From positions 15,388-79,387 of the forward strand of contig QQSB01000003.1 of assembly GCA_003602515.1 (NCBI GenBank): 64,000 nucleotides of DNA. The letters are read 5' to 3'. Positions 8,992 to 17,697 of the stretch are shown in pieces (position 1 is the first letter of the stretch; every line of letters starts with the position of its first letter). Origin of the DNA: Candidatus Poseidoniales archaeon. Lineage in GTDB: Archaea; Thermoplasmatota; Poseidoniia; Poseidoniales; Thalassarchaeaceae. Under the pieces are notes generated by a model that searched no databases, was not told the DNA's origin, and worked only from the letters and a program-made list of their open reading frames with translations. A program made the translations under genes and the position numbers.

Positions 8992-11792
8992 TTTGAATCC
9001 TCCATATGACGCCTCTCGGTATGCTTCCAAGCACTGCCTGCAAGGCGAGGAGAAGTTAGATATTCTTCGTCAGGGGTTACTCTGACCTCCCATCTGGGAT
9101 CTACTTCATCAGGCGGGGTGGAGGGATCCAATCCGAATAGGGCTCCGTTGTAGTAATCTATTCTCTCCTCATCCAATCTTCTTTCCCTGTCCCTTAATTT
9201 ATGCTCATCACTTCGCTTTTCGAGAATTGTCTGCAGTTCTGAGTACTCAAGTGACGGGCATTCAAGATCTGTCGGATCTGAGACCCCTTCAGACTTGCAT
9301 CGCTTCTCAATCATTTTGAATACCCTCTCTGGGGTCATTGGGAGTTCCGAGGTTCTGACACCTACCGCATCGTAAACCGCATTGCAAACTGCGGGGAGAA
9401 TTGGTAGAAGCGGACCCTCTCCCGCTTCCTTTGCTCCGAAGGGCCCTTCCGGGTCATTTGACTCTACAATTATCGGTACTACTTCGGGCATCTCATGAAC
9501 ACTCGGTATTTTGTAGTCAAGGAGATCGGGATTCATCAGATTCCCGCTTCTCCCATATCGCATCTCTTCTGAGAGGACTTGCCCCATTCCCATATGACAG
9601 GAACCGATTATCTGTCCCTTCACTGCCAGTGGGTTTAGGGCCTTGCCGCAATCATGCGCTGCCCATACTTTGTCGACTTTGGTCTGCCCTGTCTCCACGT
9701 CCACCGTTACTTCTGCAACATATGCTGAGAATGAGTATGCAGGTGCTAAACCTGCGGCCGCTCCCTTGTGGGTTTTCCCCATCGGTGGCGTCCTATATGC
9801 GCCAGATGACACCAGTGCCCCTCGATCCTCTTGTGCCTTGTGCAGTGCCTCCAGGTATGAAACGCCGACTGCTGGGTCGCTCTTCAGGAAAATCCTCCGA
9901 TCTCCAATCACCAAACCCTTCCTTTCAGCCCCTGTTATCTCCACTGTTGCATCAAGCAATTCGTCCCTGATTTGCATCGCTGCGGAGATGGCTGCATTAG
10001 CATTCATGAAAGTGACTCTTGATGAGTAAGACCCTAGATCAACGGGAGAAGTATCCGAATCTCTGGACCTTATTCGAATCATGTCAAGAGGCAATCCCAA
10101 GACCTCCGCTACCGATTGTGCGACAACTGTATCTGAACCCTGGCCAATGTCTGCAGCACCAGTATGTACTGTTACACCTCCGTCCATGTCTACTTTCAGA
10201 TGGACGGTTGCATGTGGGAATTTATTCGGGTCCCAGTGTATGGGTAATCCACTACCGGAGATGAAGAAACCACAGCCTATCCCAATCCCTTTGCCCAAAG
10301 GTTGTTTTCTGAATTTCTCGTCCCAGCCGCTCTCTTTCTTTACCCTCTCAAGGCACTCCCTCATGCCAATACTGGTTACCCTAAATCCAGTAATTGTCGC
10401 TGAGTGAGGGGGCAGCAGATTTGCAAGACGGAGAGTTATCGGGTCAACCCCAAGATTCTCGGCTAGGTCATCCATGCCAACTTCAACTGCACACCTCGAG
10501 TTTACCGCTCCATGACCTCTCATGGCCCCACTGGCCGGTTTATTCGTCCACACTCTTGCTCCTGTGTAGTGGAAAGCACCAATCTCATATGGTGCTGTGT
10601 GGAGCACCCCATTGTAGTAAGTGGTCACATGTCCGAAAGAGGCAAACGCTCCACCATCAATTAGTGCATCAGTCTCAATCCCACAAATCCTACCTTCCTT
10701 GTCAGCATGTAGGTTCATCTCAATCCTAGATGGGTGACGGCCCCTGTTGACCCAGTAAACCTCCTCCCTGTCGAAAGTGATTCTCACCGGCCTGCCACAT
10801 TTTCTCGCAAGAATGGCTGCGCACATCTCATGTGGAAATGGATCCGACTTCCCTCCGAACCCTCCTCCGACAAATGTTCGATGCACATTGATCTGATGCA
10901 TTGGGATTTCCAAAACATCAGCCAACGCTCTGTGAAGGTAGTGAGGAACTTGTTGTGGCGTGTACAAGGTCAGTCTTCCGGTCGGGTCCCAATCCGCAAC
11001 CACCGCGTGTGGCTCCGTGAAAGCATGATTGACTCCCGCAAATAACCAGCTTTTCTTGTGACTGGCGACCGAGGTTTGCATCATCCCATCGATGTCTCCG
11101 AATTCTTGGAAGACCCTCTTCTGGATGTTCGACTCACCGATATGGTAGTTGCCACGATCATGAATCGGCTCTTCGCTATCCTCCAGGCCCTTGCGCATAT
11201 CATGAGTCGGCTCCAGAATCTCGTATTCGACCTGGATTAGCCTTTCTGCCTCTCTCGCAGTGCTCTCATCAACTGCGGCTACGCAGGCAACCAAGTCACC
11301 AGCATGTCGAACTTTCTCGACTGCCATTGCATGCTCATCCTTTGTAACTGGGAGTACTCCGAATCGGTTTTTCGCGTCATCCCCCGTTGCAATTGCAATC
11401 ACTCCAGGCAATTCAAGCGCTTGGGAGCAGTCTATCGAGAGGACCCTTGCATAGTGATGTGGTGAGCGAACAATCCTGCCAATGAGCTCCCCCGGGAGGC
11501 GTACATCATCCCCGTAATGCGCCCGACCAGTAACTTTCCAAGAACTGTCCACTAATGCAGTCGGCTTTCCAATTATCTGGCCACTTACTAATTCGTCATG
11601 TCTGTGTGGCCCCCAGGGTTGCTTCAATGATCCACCCTGTGAACTGGGAATCATTTCTGGATTAGTTGATTCGGAGAATCTATTCTTCCCACCAGAACCA
11701 GGTCTGGAAAATGGAAGTTTTCCCGGTTGTTGCCGATATCCGATAATCTCATCATCGCTCGTCGTTGACCTCTTATCCTTCTTCTTGGACAT
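8988..11792 (-). CDS. Xanthine dehydrogenase-family molybdopterin-binding large subunit (aldehyde oxidoreductase-like)
   Basis: KVTGRAHYGDD, VGGGFGGKS, SGAMRGHG and AGEGP motifs of the XDH/CoxL family. ATG at 11792 lies 1 nt after the small-subunit stop. The track start at 11867 would overlap the small subunit by 74 nt. Confidence 0.9.
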   Translation of the reverse strand: MSKKKDKRSTTSDDEIIGYRQQPGKLPFSRPGSGGKNRFSESTNPEMIPSSQGGSLKQPWGPHRHDELVSGQIIGKPTALVDSSWKVTGRAHYGDDVRLPGELIGRIVRSPHHYARVLSIDCSQALELPGVIAIATGDDAKNRFGVLPVTKDEHAMAVEKVRHAGDLVACVAAVDESTAREAERLIQVEYEILEPTHDMRKGLEDSEEPIHDRGNYHIGESNIQKRVFQEFGDIDGMMQTSVASHKKSWLFAGVNHAFTEPHAVVADWDPTGRLTLYTPQQVPHYLHRALADVLEIPMHQINVHRTFVGGGFGGKSDPFPHEMCAAILARKCGRPVRITFDREEVYWVNRGRHPSRIEMNLHADKEGRICGIETDALIDGGAFASFGHVTTYYNGVLHTAPYEIGAFHYTGARVWTNKPASGAMRGHGAVNSRCAVEVGMDDLAENLGVDPITLRLANLLPPHSATITGFRVTSIGMRECLERVKKESGWDEKFRKQPLGKGIGIGCGFFISGSGLPIHWDPNKFPHATVHLKVDMDGGVTVHTGAADIGQGSDTVVAQSVAEVLGLPLDMIRIRSRDSDTSPVDLGSYSSRVTFMNANAAISAAMQIRDELLDATVEITGAERKGLVIGDRRIFLKSDPAVGVSYLEALHKAQEDRGALVSSGAYRTPPMGKTHKGAAAGLAPAYSFSAYVAEVTVDVETGQTKVDKVWAAHDCGKALNPLAVKGQIIGSCHMGMGQVLSEEMRYGRSGNLMNPDLLDYKIPSVHEMPEVVPIIVESNDPEGPFGAKEAGEGPLLPILPAVCNAVYDAVGVRTSELPMTPERVFKMIEKRCKSEGVSDPTDLECPSLEYSELQTILEKRSDEHKLRDRERRLDEERIDYYNGALFGLDPSTPPDEVDPRWEVRVTPDEEYLTSPRLAGSAWKHTERRHMEDSK

Positions 11793-11793
11793 A

Positions 11794-12384
11794 CTAGTTT
11801 CCACCAAATCCTGGATGAGGGTCACTCTTGGCGCTCGTTGAGTCTTCAACACCAGTTCCAGAGACAAGAATATCTGATGCTGCTTTCACTGAGTCTACAA
11901 TCTGCTGGAAACCTGTACACCGGCAAAGATTGCCCTCAATCGCACTCTTGATTTCTTCATCATCGGGTTGGGGTTTGTCAGAAAGTAGAGCCGAGATAAC
12001 GACTAGAAATCCAGGGGTGCAGAATCCGCATTGACTACCTCCAAATTCAGCGAACGTCTGTTGAATTGGGTGTAGGTGATGCCCGTCAGCCAATCCTTCA
12101 ACTGTGGTAATATGCGTCTCATTTGCTTCGATTGCTAAGGTTAGGCAGGATAATCTAGGTTCTCCATCGATGAGGACAGAACAGCACCCACAAGTTCCCA
12201 TGTCGCATCCGCGTTTGGTCCCTAGACTCCCTACCCTGTCTCTCAGGACATCGAGTAAAATTGCATTACTTTCGATGAAAATTGAAGCGTCTTCTCCGTT
12301 CACGGTAGCATTCCACTCGACCTCGTCGGGATGAGGGAGCATTGGGAGTCGGAACTGCACCACATTATGACCAACCGCACTCAT
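11794..12384 (-). CDS. Molybdoenzyme small [2Fe-2S] subunit (CoxS-like)
   Basis: CDMGTCGCCSV (plant-type 2Fe-2S) and QCGFCTPGF...CRCTG (second 2Fe-2S) motifs. Confidence 0.9.
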   Translation of the reverse strand: MSAVGHNVVQFRLPMLPHPDEVEWNATVNGEDASIFIESNAILLDVLRDRVGSLGTKRGCDMGTCGCCSVLIDGEPRLSCLTLAIEANETHITTVEGLADGHHLHPIQQTFAEFGGSQCGFCTPGFLVVISALLSDKPQPDDEEIKSAIEGNLCRCTGFQQIVDSVKAASDILVSGTGVEDSTSAKSDPHPGFGGN

Positions 12385-12413
12385 CCTTTGAGCATTCGGT
12401 TTACTGCCATTAC

Positions 12414-13058
12414 CTAGTTGAAATCACTGATTGCCTTCTTTACAACCTCTGACTCGGCTCTTTTTAGGTGCTCACCGATGGTGCTCCTAGCTATTCCCAA
12501 CTGATCTGCAAGTTGTTTCAGCGTGACTTCCGAGCCATCTTCGTAGTAACCCCTACGAACGGCTAACTCTAGAACCTCCCTCTGCTTTTCCGTTAGAAAA
12601 TCCAAGCTCTTCTCAGATCCATTCTTTATTGTCTGGACGCTTATGGTATCGGGTGGCATCACAGTTCTGACGAATTCCAAGAAACTTCGTATAGAGCTTG
12701 AAATTCCAAAGATTCTGAACTCCAATCCATTTTTCGAGTCAATTCCATATGGCGGATAGACATAGATGTTTGATAACTCAACTGCAGATATTGCCAGAGG
12801 ATGAGTACAACGAATACTGACAAGAATTCCGCTTTCGTCTTCTTCGTGTTTCTCTAAAACCTCAAAGCTGTGTAATTCTGAGATTTCGGAAAGTTCACGC
12901 CCTTCCTTAATTTTCAATTCGACTAGTTGGGTAACACCATCGGATTCTGTTGAAAGATGACCAAGAACCTCAATTCTTTCACAGATTCCCATCAGCGTGT
13001 CGATCTCGTCAATTCCGCTCAGAGAGGAAACCTTCCATCTCAGGAGAACCTTCCTCAT
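12414..13058 (-). CDS. HTH_10 (Bat/DmsR-type) transcriptional regulator
   Basis: C-terminal LTEKQREVLELAVRRGYYEDGSEVTLKQLADQLGIARSTIGEHLKRAESEVV, a typical archaeal HTH_10. ATG at 13058 is preferred because a TATA box lies about 25 nt upstream. The longer track ORF overlaps the subtilase gene. Confidence 0.7.
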   Translation of the reverse strand: MRKVLLRWKVSSLSGIDEIDTLMGICERIEVLGHLSTESDGVTQLVELKIKEGRELSEISELHSFEVLEKHEEDESGILVSIRCTHPLAISAVELSNIYVYPPYGIDSKNGLEFRIFGISSSIRSFLEFVRTVMPPDTISVQTIKNGSEKSLDFLTEKQREVLELAVRRGYYEDGSEVTLKQLADQLGIARSTIGEHLKRAESEVVKKAISDFN

Positions 13059-13075
13059 GGCTTTGCAAGTTCTTT

Positions 13076-13090
13076 TTTCTATATAATTGC
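13076..13090 (-). promoter_or_regulatory. Candidate TATA box for the HTH_10 regulator (leaderless)
   Basis: The minus strand reads GCAATTATATAGAAAAAAG, centred about 25 nt upstream of the ATG at 13058, within the 37-nt gap after the subtilase stop. Confidence 0.4.
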
Positions 13091-13095
13091 CAACC

Positions 13096-14325
13096 CTAGT
13101 TCCAGTATGCTTCTCGAATATCCTGATTCGACTCCATACAAATCTCGACATCAAATGGCCTCTGTTGCATTGCATAACTACCATTCAGATGCTCAACAAT
13201 TGGCTTGACGTTACTTTCGTTCACAACCCCCCAGCCGACCTGTGTACACGGGGCTACGGGAGACATCGGAGTTGTCCCTGAAAGAGGGTCCCAAGTTGTG
13301 AAGGAGGGATACCAAGCAGAGAGATTCAGAGCATCTCGCAGATCGTCATTTGTCAACGAGAAATTTGTTCCATTCACTATCAATCCCATTCTTAGATTCG
13401 GATCCGCTCCAGAAGACAGGTCCCCAAATTCCGATCTTAGACTCTCCAAGACCTCCGAGAGTAGGCCAGCAGTCCTAGGCGTGGCAAAAGAAGTTCCCGA
13501 TGTCCAATGGTAGCCGTCGATATCATCGTGATTGGGCAAGAACTGTGTCCAGTCTGCCGCTATGTCGGGGTATGAGCCGCTCATAGTCTCCTTCTGATCG
13601 TCGTCTTCTTCGGCGTAGCCGGAAATTCCAATGCTCCAAGGAGGACCTGCAGTGGAGTCTTGAATTGCCGGAGAAGGGGAGTTGTCAGCGGCCCCAGTGT
13701 GAATTTTCTTTTCTTGAACCACGGCCACCTTTGTTGCATCCTCAATCCCTGGCACTGGAACTGAGAGGATCGGGCCGAAACTAGTTGTAATAATGTCAAC
13801 CAAAGGTTGGTTCGCCGCTGCTAGAACAGCAGCATCGCTGAATCCCTCGACGAAGAAAATTACCGCATCAGGATTTGCGTTAAGAACCGCTCCGGTCACT
13901 GCCGTCCCATGCCCGTCACTAGGATCATCCAGAATCGGAATCTCGGTGTTATCATCGGGGGTGGTTCCGATTATTCTGGAACCTCTAAACCAAACAATAT
14001 CTCCAGATTCTATCACGTCCCAGCAACTTTCCTTGTCAGCCTCATACCTCTCTTGCCAAGTACCATTACTGGTGATATTGCACACCATGTTCACCCCTAG
14101 TTGATCAAGAAGCCACTGCGGGTAAGACTCGTTCATCGAGAAGTGATCATGATAGACGTTGATGCCCGTGTCGATTGGCGCTACCACGCTAAATGAACCG
14201 AATCCTTCGATAACCTCAGTTTCTGTTTCCATTCCCTTGTCCTGCCCACCAAGACAACCAACAAGGGACACCGATAGCATCAGCACGGCAATGAGAGCAG
14301 CGACAGTCTTCACAATGTCCCGCAA
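13096..14325 (-). CDS. Subtilisin-family (S8) serine peptidase, lipoprotein
   Basis: Lipobox LSVSLVGC. Catalytic motifs VVAPIDTGIN (Asp), DGHGTAVTG (His) and SGTSFATPRTAG (Ser). The start codon is TTG. Confidence 0.85.
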   Translation of the reverse strand: MRDIVKTVAALIAVLMLSVSLVGCLGGQDKGMETETEVIEGFGSFSVVAPIDTGINVYHDHFSMNESYPQWLLDQLGVNMVCNITSNGTWQERYEADKESCWDVIESGDIVWFRGSRIIGTTPDDNTEIPILDDPSDGHGTAVTGAVLNANPDAVIFFVEGFSDAAVLAAANQPLVDIITTSFGPILSVPVPGIEDATKVAVVQEKKIHTGAADNSPSPAIQDSTAGPPWSIGISGYAEEDDDQKETMSGSYPDIAADWTQFLPNHDDIDGYHWTSGTSFATPRTAGLLSEVLESLRSEFGDLSSGADPNLRMGLIVNGTNFSLTNDDLRDALNLSAWYPSFTTWDPLSGTTPMSPVAPCTQVGWGVVNESNVKPIVEHLNGSYAMQQRPFDVEICMESNQDIREAYWN

Positions 14326-14344
14326 TTGACCATGAATTTCATAC

Positions 14345-15202
14345 TTAGGTTGGGCTGATTGTCCTTTCCAATGAAAGAATTTCCGCGCAAACGGCTATTG
14401 CAATCTCTTCGGGCGTGTCTGCTCCTATTTCCAAACCAATCGGGCACCTAACAGAATCCAAGACTCTCTTTTCGATTCCATGTTCGATCCCAGATCTTTC
14501 GAATTCTGACCACTTCTTCTTTGAACCAATTGCACCGATCCTGGGCCTCTCGATTTCATCTGAGGCTCTAAGTAGTCCGATCAGTAAGTCTTCATCCACT
14601 CCCCAGTCATGACTCAGAAGAAGTATATCGGAGAACCTTCGAAGAGACTGCTTATCCTCTTCACTAAGAAACTCTTCTACAGAGCAACATATTACTCTTT
14701 CAGCATTAGGAAAACGTTCGGAATTGCTGTAATTCCCTCTTATGTCGAAAACACTGTATGACCAATCCAGGTTATCGCAAACATTCGCTATTGCGAATCC
14801 CACATGTCCACCACCCGCAATCAAGATGTGAGGCCTTGGATCAATCACTTCCATAGCCACAGTCACGCGCCCCCCACATAGGCTGTCCAAGGCTGTCACC
14901 TCTTTTCCCTTCCCGTCTTTGTGCAACAGAAAAATCTCCACAGAACCACCTTTCTTCCTATTCGAGACATTCTCTGGAGATAGCATATCTTCCAACTTCT
15001 GACTCACTTTCATCTCGAGTCCAGCACCGCCGACCGTCCCGAATGTAGCTCCAGATGAACTGATTGCGAGCTTCGCACCCGGCTTTCCAGGAACGCTACC
15101 CTGAGCCTCGATTACCGATGCGATTGCAACTCTTTCACCACCTCTCAGCATCTCGAGTGCCCAAGACAATACGGCAATGCTCACGCCCACCTGACCGGGC
15201 AC
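14345..15202 (-). CDS. XdhC/CoxI-family molybdoenzyme maturation protein
   Basis: N-terminal XdhC_CoxI-like region (VIEAQGSVPGKPGAKL) and a Rossmann part (HILIAGGGHVGFAIA). It lies near the XDH-family structural genes. Confidence 0.8.
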   Translation of the reverse strand: MPGQVGVSIAVLSWALEMLRGGERVAIASVIEAQGSVPGKPGAKLAISSSGATFGTVGGAGLEMKVSQKLEDMLSPENVSNRKKGGSVEIFLLHKDGKGKEVTALDSLCGGRVTVAMEVIDPRPHILIAGGGHVGFAIANVCDNLDWSYSVFDIRGNYSNSERFPNAERVICCSVEEFLSEEDKQSLRRFSDILLLSHDWGVDEDLLIGLLRASDEIERPRIGAIGSKKKWSEFERSGIEHGIEKRVLDSVRCPIGLEIGADTPEEIAIAVCAEILSLERTISPT

Positions 15203-15224
15203 TCTGCCTTTGGAGTTACTATTG

Positions 15225-16034
15225 CTAGCCCAATGCTACATCTAGCATCATCATTATTGTGAAACCAATCATTACTCCCATGGTTGCAATGTCTCCATTT
15301 TTCCCCCTATGGGCCTCAGGTATCAACTCTTCAACTACTACGAAAATCATAGCGCCAGCAGCGAATGCAAGCGCATAGGGAAGAATCGGATCTACATAGA
15401 CTATGGTCGCTGCACCCAATACGGCTGCAATTGGCTCTACCATTGCAGATAACTGGCCCCACCAGAAACTCTCTTTCTTGCTCAAACCCTCTCTTCTTAG
15501 TGGGACTGAGACTGCAGCTCCTTCGGGGAAGTTCTGAATTCCTATTCCGATAGTCAATGCAATCGCTGCTCCAAAACCATCTCCAGTTGCAGCAGCCCCA
15601 AAGGCAACTCCCACTGCTAGTCCTTCGGGTACGTTATGCAGTGTGATGGCAGAAATCAGAAGCTTACTCCTATGCCAACTGGTCTTGATCCCCTCAGTCT
15701 CTTCTGGAGGGGCTCCCGGGTGAAGGTGGGGGAGGTAGGCATCGATAACCCTCATGCACACGCCACCCATTACGAATCCGAATGCCGCCGGAAGTACCTT
15801 CGAAAGACCTTCTCCATCCGTTTGATCGATCGCCGGACTTAGAAGCCCGAAGCAACTCGCTGCAATCATCACACCTGCAGCGAAACCCAGCATTCCATCC
15901 AGTGCCTTTCTGTGTATTTCGTGAAAGAAAAATACCAGACCTGCTCCTGCTGCGGTCATGAACCAGGTGAACATACCCGCTATCAAGGCCTGCTCAATAG
16001 GGCTAAAACCATCGAGCAGCTCTTCAGGACTCAT
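15225..16034 (-). CDS. zupT: ZIP-family divalent metal transporter
   Basis: HNVPEGLAVG and QNFPEGAAV signature helices. About 8 TM segments. Confidence 0.85.
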   Translation of the reverse strand: MSPEELLDGFSPIEQALIAGMFTWFMTAAGAGLVFFFHEIHRKALDGMLGFAAGVMIAASCFGLLSPAIDQTDGEGLSKVLPAAFGFVMGGVCMRVIDAYLPHLHPGAPPEETEGIKTSWHRSKLLISAITLHNVPEGLAVGVAFGAAATGDGFGAAIALTIGIGIQNFPEGAAVSVPLRREGLSKKESFWWGQLSAMVEPIAAVLGAATIVYVDPILPYALAFAAGAMIFVVVEELIPEAHRGKNGDIATMGVMIGFTIMMMLDVALG

Positions 16035-16058
16035 GGCCGTGGGTTGAAATTATACTTT

Positions 16059-16649
16059 TCAATTTTCTTCAATAATCGAATCTAATTTACAATTCAAATC
16101 CTCAATATCTGCGGGCGTATCGATGTTTAGATGGAGGGTTTCGTCAAATACTTCGAACCTGACTGGTTCAACGATTTCTCTCAGAGGCGAATCCTCGGGA
16201 CTCTCTCTCACCCTTCCAACGTCCACGGGCGATAATAGCAGAGGATGCCCTCCCTTCCCATCTCGCATTGGACAGCAACTCTGTTCGGAATCGAGTAGTC
16301 GCTGAAGTGTAGAATCTGAGAATCCCGGCCTATCTACTGGCACTACCAGTAATCTGTAGTTCTGCCCCTTTGCGAAATCAATACTAGAAATTCCTACCTT
16401 GAGGGAACCAGTCCTTCCTTTCTGAGGTTCTACATTTTCAACTACACTAGATCCGGGAATTTCAGTGGAAATATTGGCAATATTCGTCTCATTTGCCACC
16501 ACGGTGACATCGACTCCCCTACTAGAGACCCTTTCTGCCAGCCATCCTACTAGAGTGCTGTTTCCTACCTGGATTAGCGCTTTATCCTGCCCTAGTCTAA
16601 TGCTAGAACCAGCTGCAAGAATCACACACTCAATCCGAGGCAACTCCAT
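16059..16649 (-). CDS. MobA/MocA-like molybdenum cofactor nucleotidyltransferase
   Basis: N-terminal ILAAGSSIRLGQDKAL (NTP_transf_3) and GHPLLL motifs. It sits in the context of XdhC and the molybdoenzyme. Confidence 0.75.
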   Translation of the reverse strand: MELPRIECVILAAGSSIRLGQDKALIQVGNSTLVGWLAERVSSRGVDVTVVANETNIANISTEIPGSSVVENVEPQKGRTGSLKVGISSIDFAKGQNYRLLVVPVDRPGFSDSTLQRLLDSEQSCCPMRDGKGGHPLLLSPVDVGRVRESPEDSPLREIVEPVRFEVFDETLHLNIDTPADIEDLNCKLDSIIEEN

Positions 16650-16679
16650 GGAGTCCGGTTACGAGGCTTCGTAATAGTG

Positions 16680-17639
16680 CTATACCAATCCGTCTAGAAT
16701 TCCACTAAGATAAGTCATGTAAGAAACATAGGTAAGGATCATCAATGAACCAACAGGTCTTGAGAAGTCCTTCCCTCTGAGAAATGCAGTAACAACGAAA
16801 CCAGATGTTGCAATTACTACCAGGATGTCTCTGGTGAATTCACCATCGACTACAATTCCGCCTCCGAAAATGCTGGCAATGCTAATTATTCCCATGATAT
16901 TCATTACATTGGAGCCGAGGACGTTTCCTACTGCCACTCCGCCCTGCCCCCTGAGTCCCGCGACTACCGTAACAGCAAGCTCTGGTAATGATGTTCCCAG
17001 GGCAACAATTGTCAGACCTATCACTGCCTCCGAGACACCAAAAGTCTCCGCAATATTAGTCGACCCATCCACCAAAAGTATAGCTCCCAACCATATCATT
17101 ACCCCACCAATTATGCAAGCTGGTATTGCTACAGACATATTCCCTGGAAGCCAAGAGTCTTCGAACTCATACTCGTCATCTCCAGCTATTGCTTTCGAGT
17201 ATGTGTAGTAATAGTATGCGATTAGACAAGATAGCATTACAACACCCCCGGATAGGGGGACCTCGCCTCCAAATACGAAAACAGCCATGAAAGCAGTAGC
17301 CGCTATTACTGCTACAGAATCTCTCTTAACGCCCTCTCCCCCTTCAGATCTCGCACCAAGAAATGCTGCCGTTCCAAGTACAAGCATCACATTGGCAACA
17401 TTGGATCCGAGTACCCCACCAATTGCTATGTCCGGAGCGTCATTCCCTACGGCTTCAATTGCGACAGCCAACTCAGGTAGCGAAGTTCCCACAGCCACCA
17501 CAGTGAACCCAACAACAAGAGGGGAGATACTGAGATTCTGCGAAATTCTGGTCGCACCTTGGACCAATGCTTCCCCGCCCCCCATTAGCAATATGAATCC
17601 GGAAAGAACGAATAGAACGTCTACTATGGTCCCATCCAT
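16680..17639 (-). CDS. Ca2+/cation antiporter (CaCA, YrbG-like)
   Basis: Two alpha-repeat signatures, GTSLPELAVAI and GTSLPELAVTV. About 10 TM segments. Confidence 0.85.
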   Translation of the reverse strand: MDGTIVDVLFVLSGFILLMGGGEALVQGATRISQNLSISPLVVGFTVVAVGTSLPELAVAIEAVGNDAPDIAIGGVLGSNVANVMLVLGTAAFLGARSEGGEGVKRDSVAVIAATAFMAVFVFGGEVPLSGGVVMLSCLIAYYYYTYSKAIAGDDEYEFEDSWLPGNMSVAIPACIIGGVMIWLGAILLVDGSTNIAETFGVSEAVIGLTIVALGTSLPELAVTVVAGLRGQGGVAVGNVLGSNVMNIMGIISIASIFGGGIVVDGEFTRDILVVIATSGFVVTAFLRGKDFSRPVGSLMILTYVSYMTYLSGILDGLV

Positions 17640-17697
17640 ATCTCATTCCCGGAACATTTCACAAATTACTGTTTGCTAATTCTGCTATGGAACCTGA

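Noticed and set aside
8988-11867. Annotating the molybdoenzyme as aerobic CO dehydrogenase (CoxSLM)
   Set aside because: The large-subunit active-site loop reads SGAMRGHG, and neither AYxCSFR nor AYRGAGR is present. The 11867 start was also rejected in favour of 11792 because it would overlap the small subunit by 74 nt.
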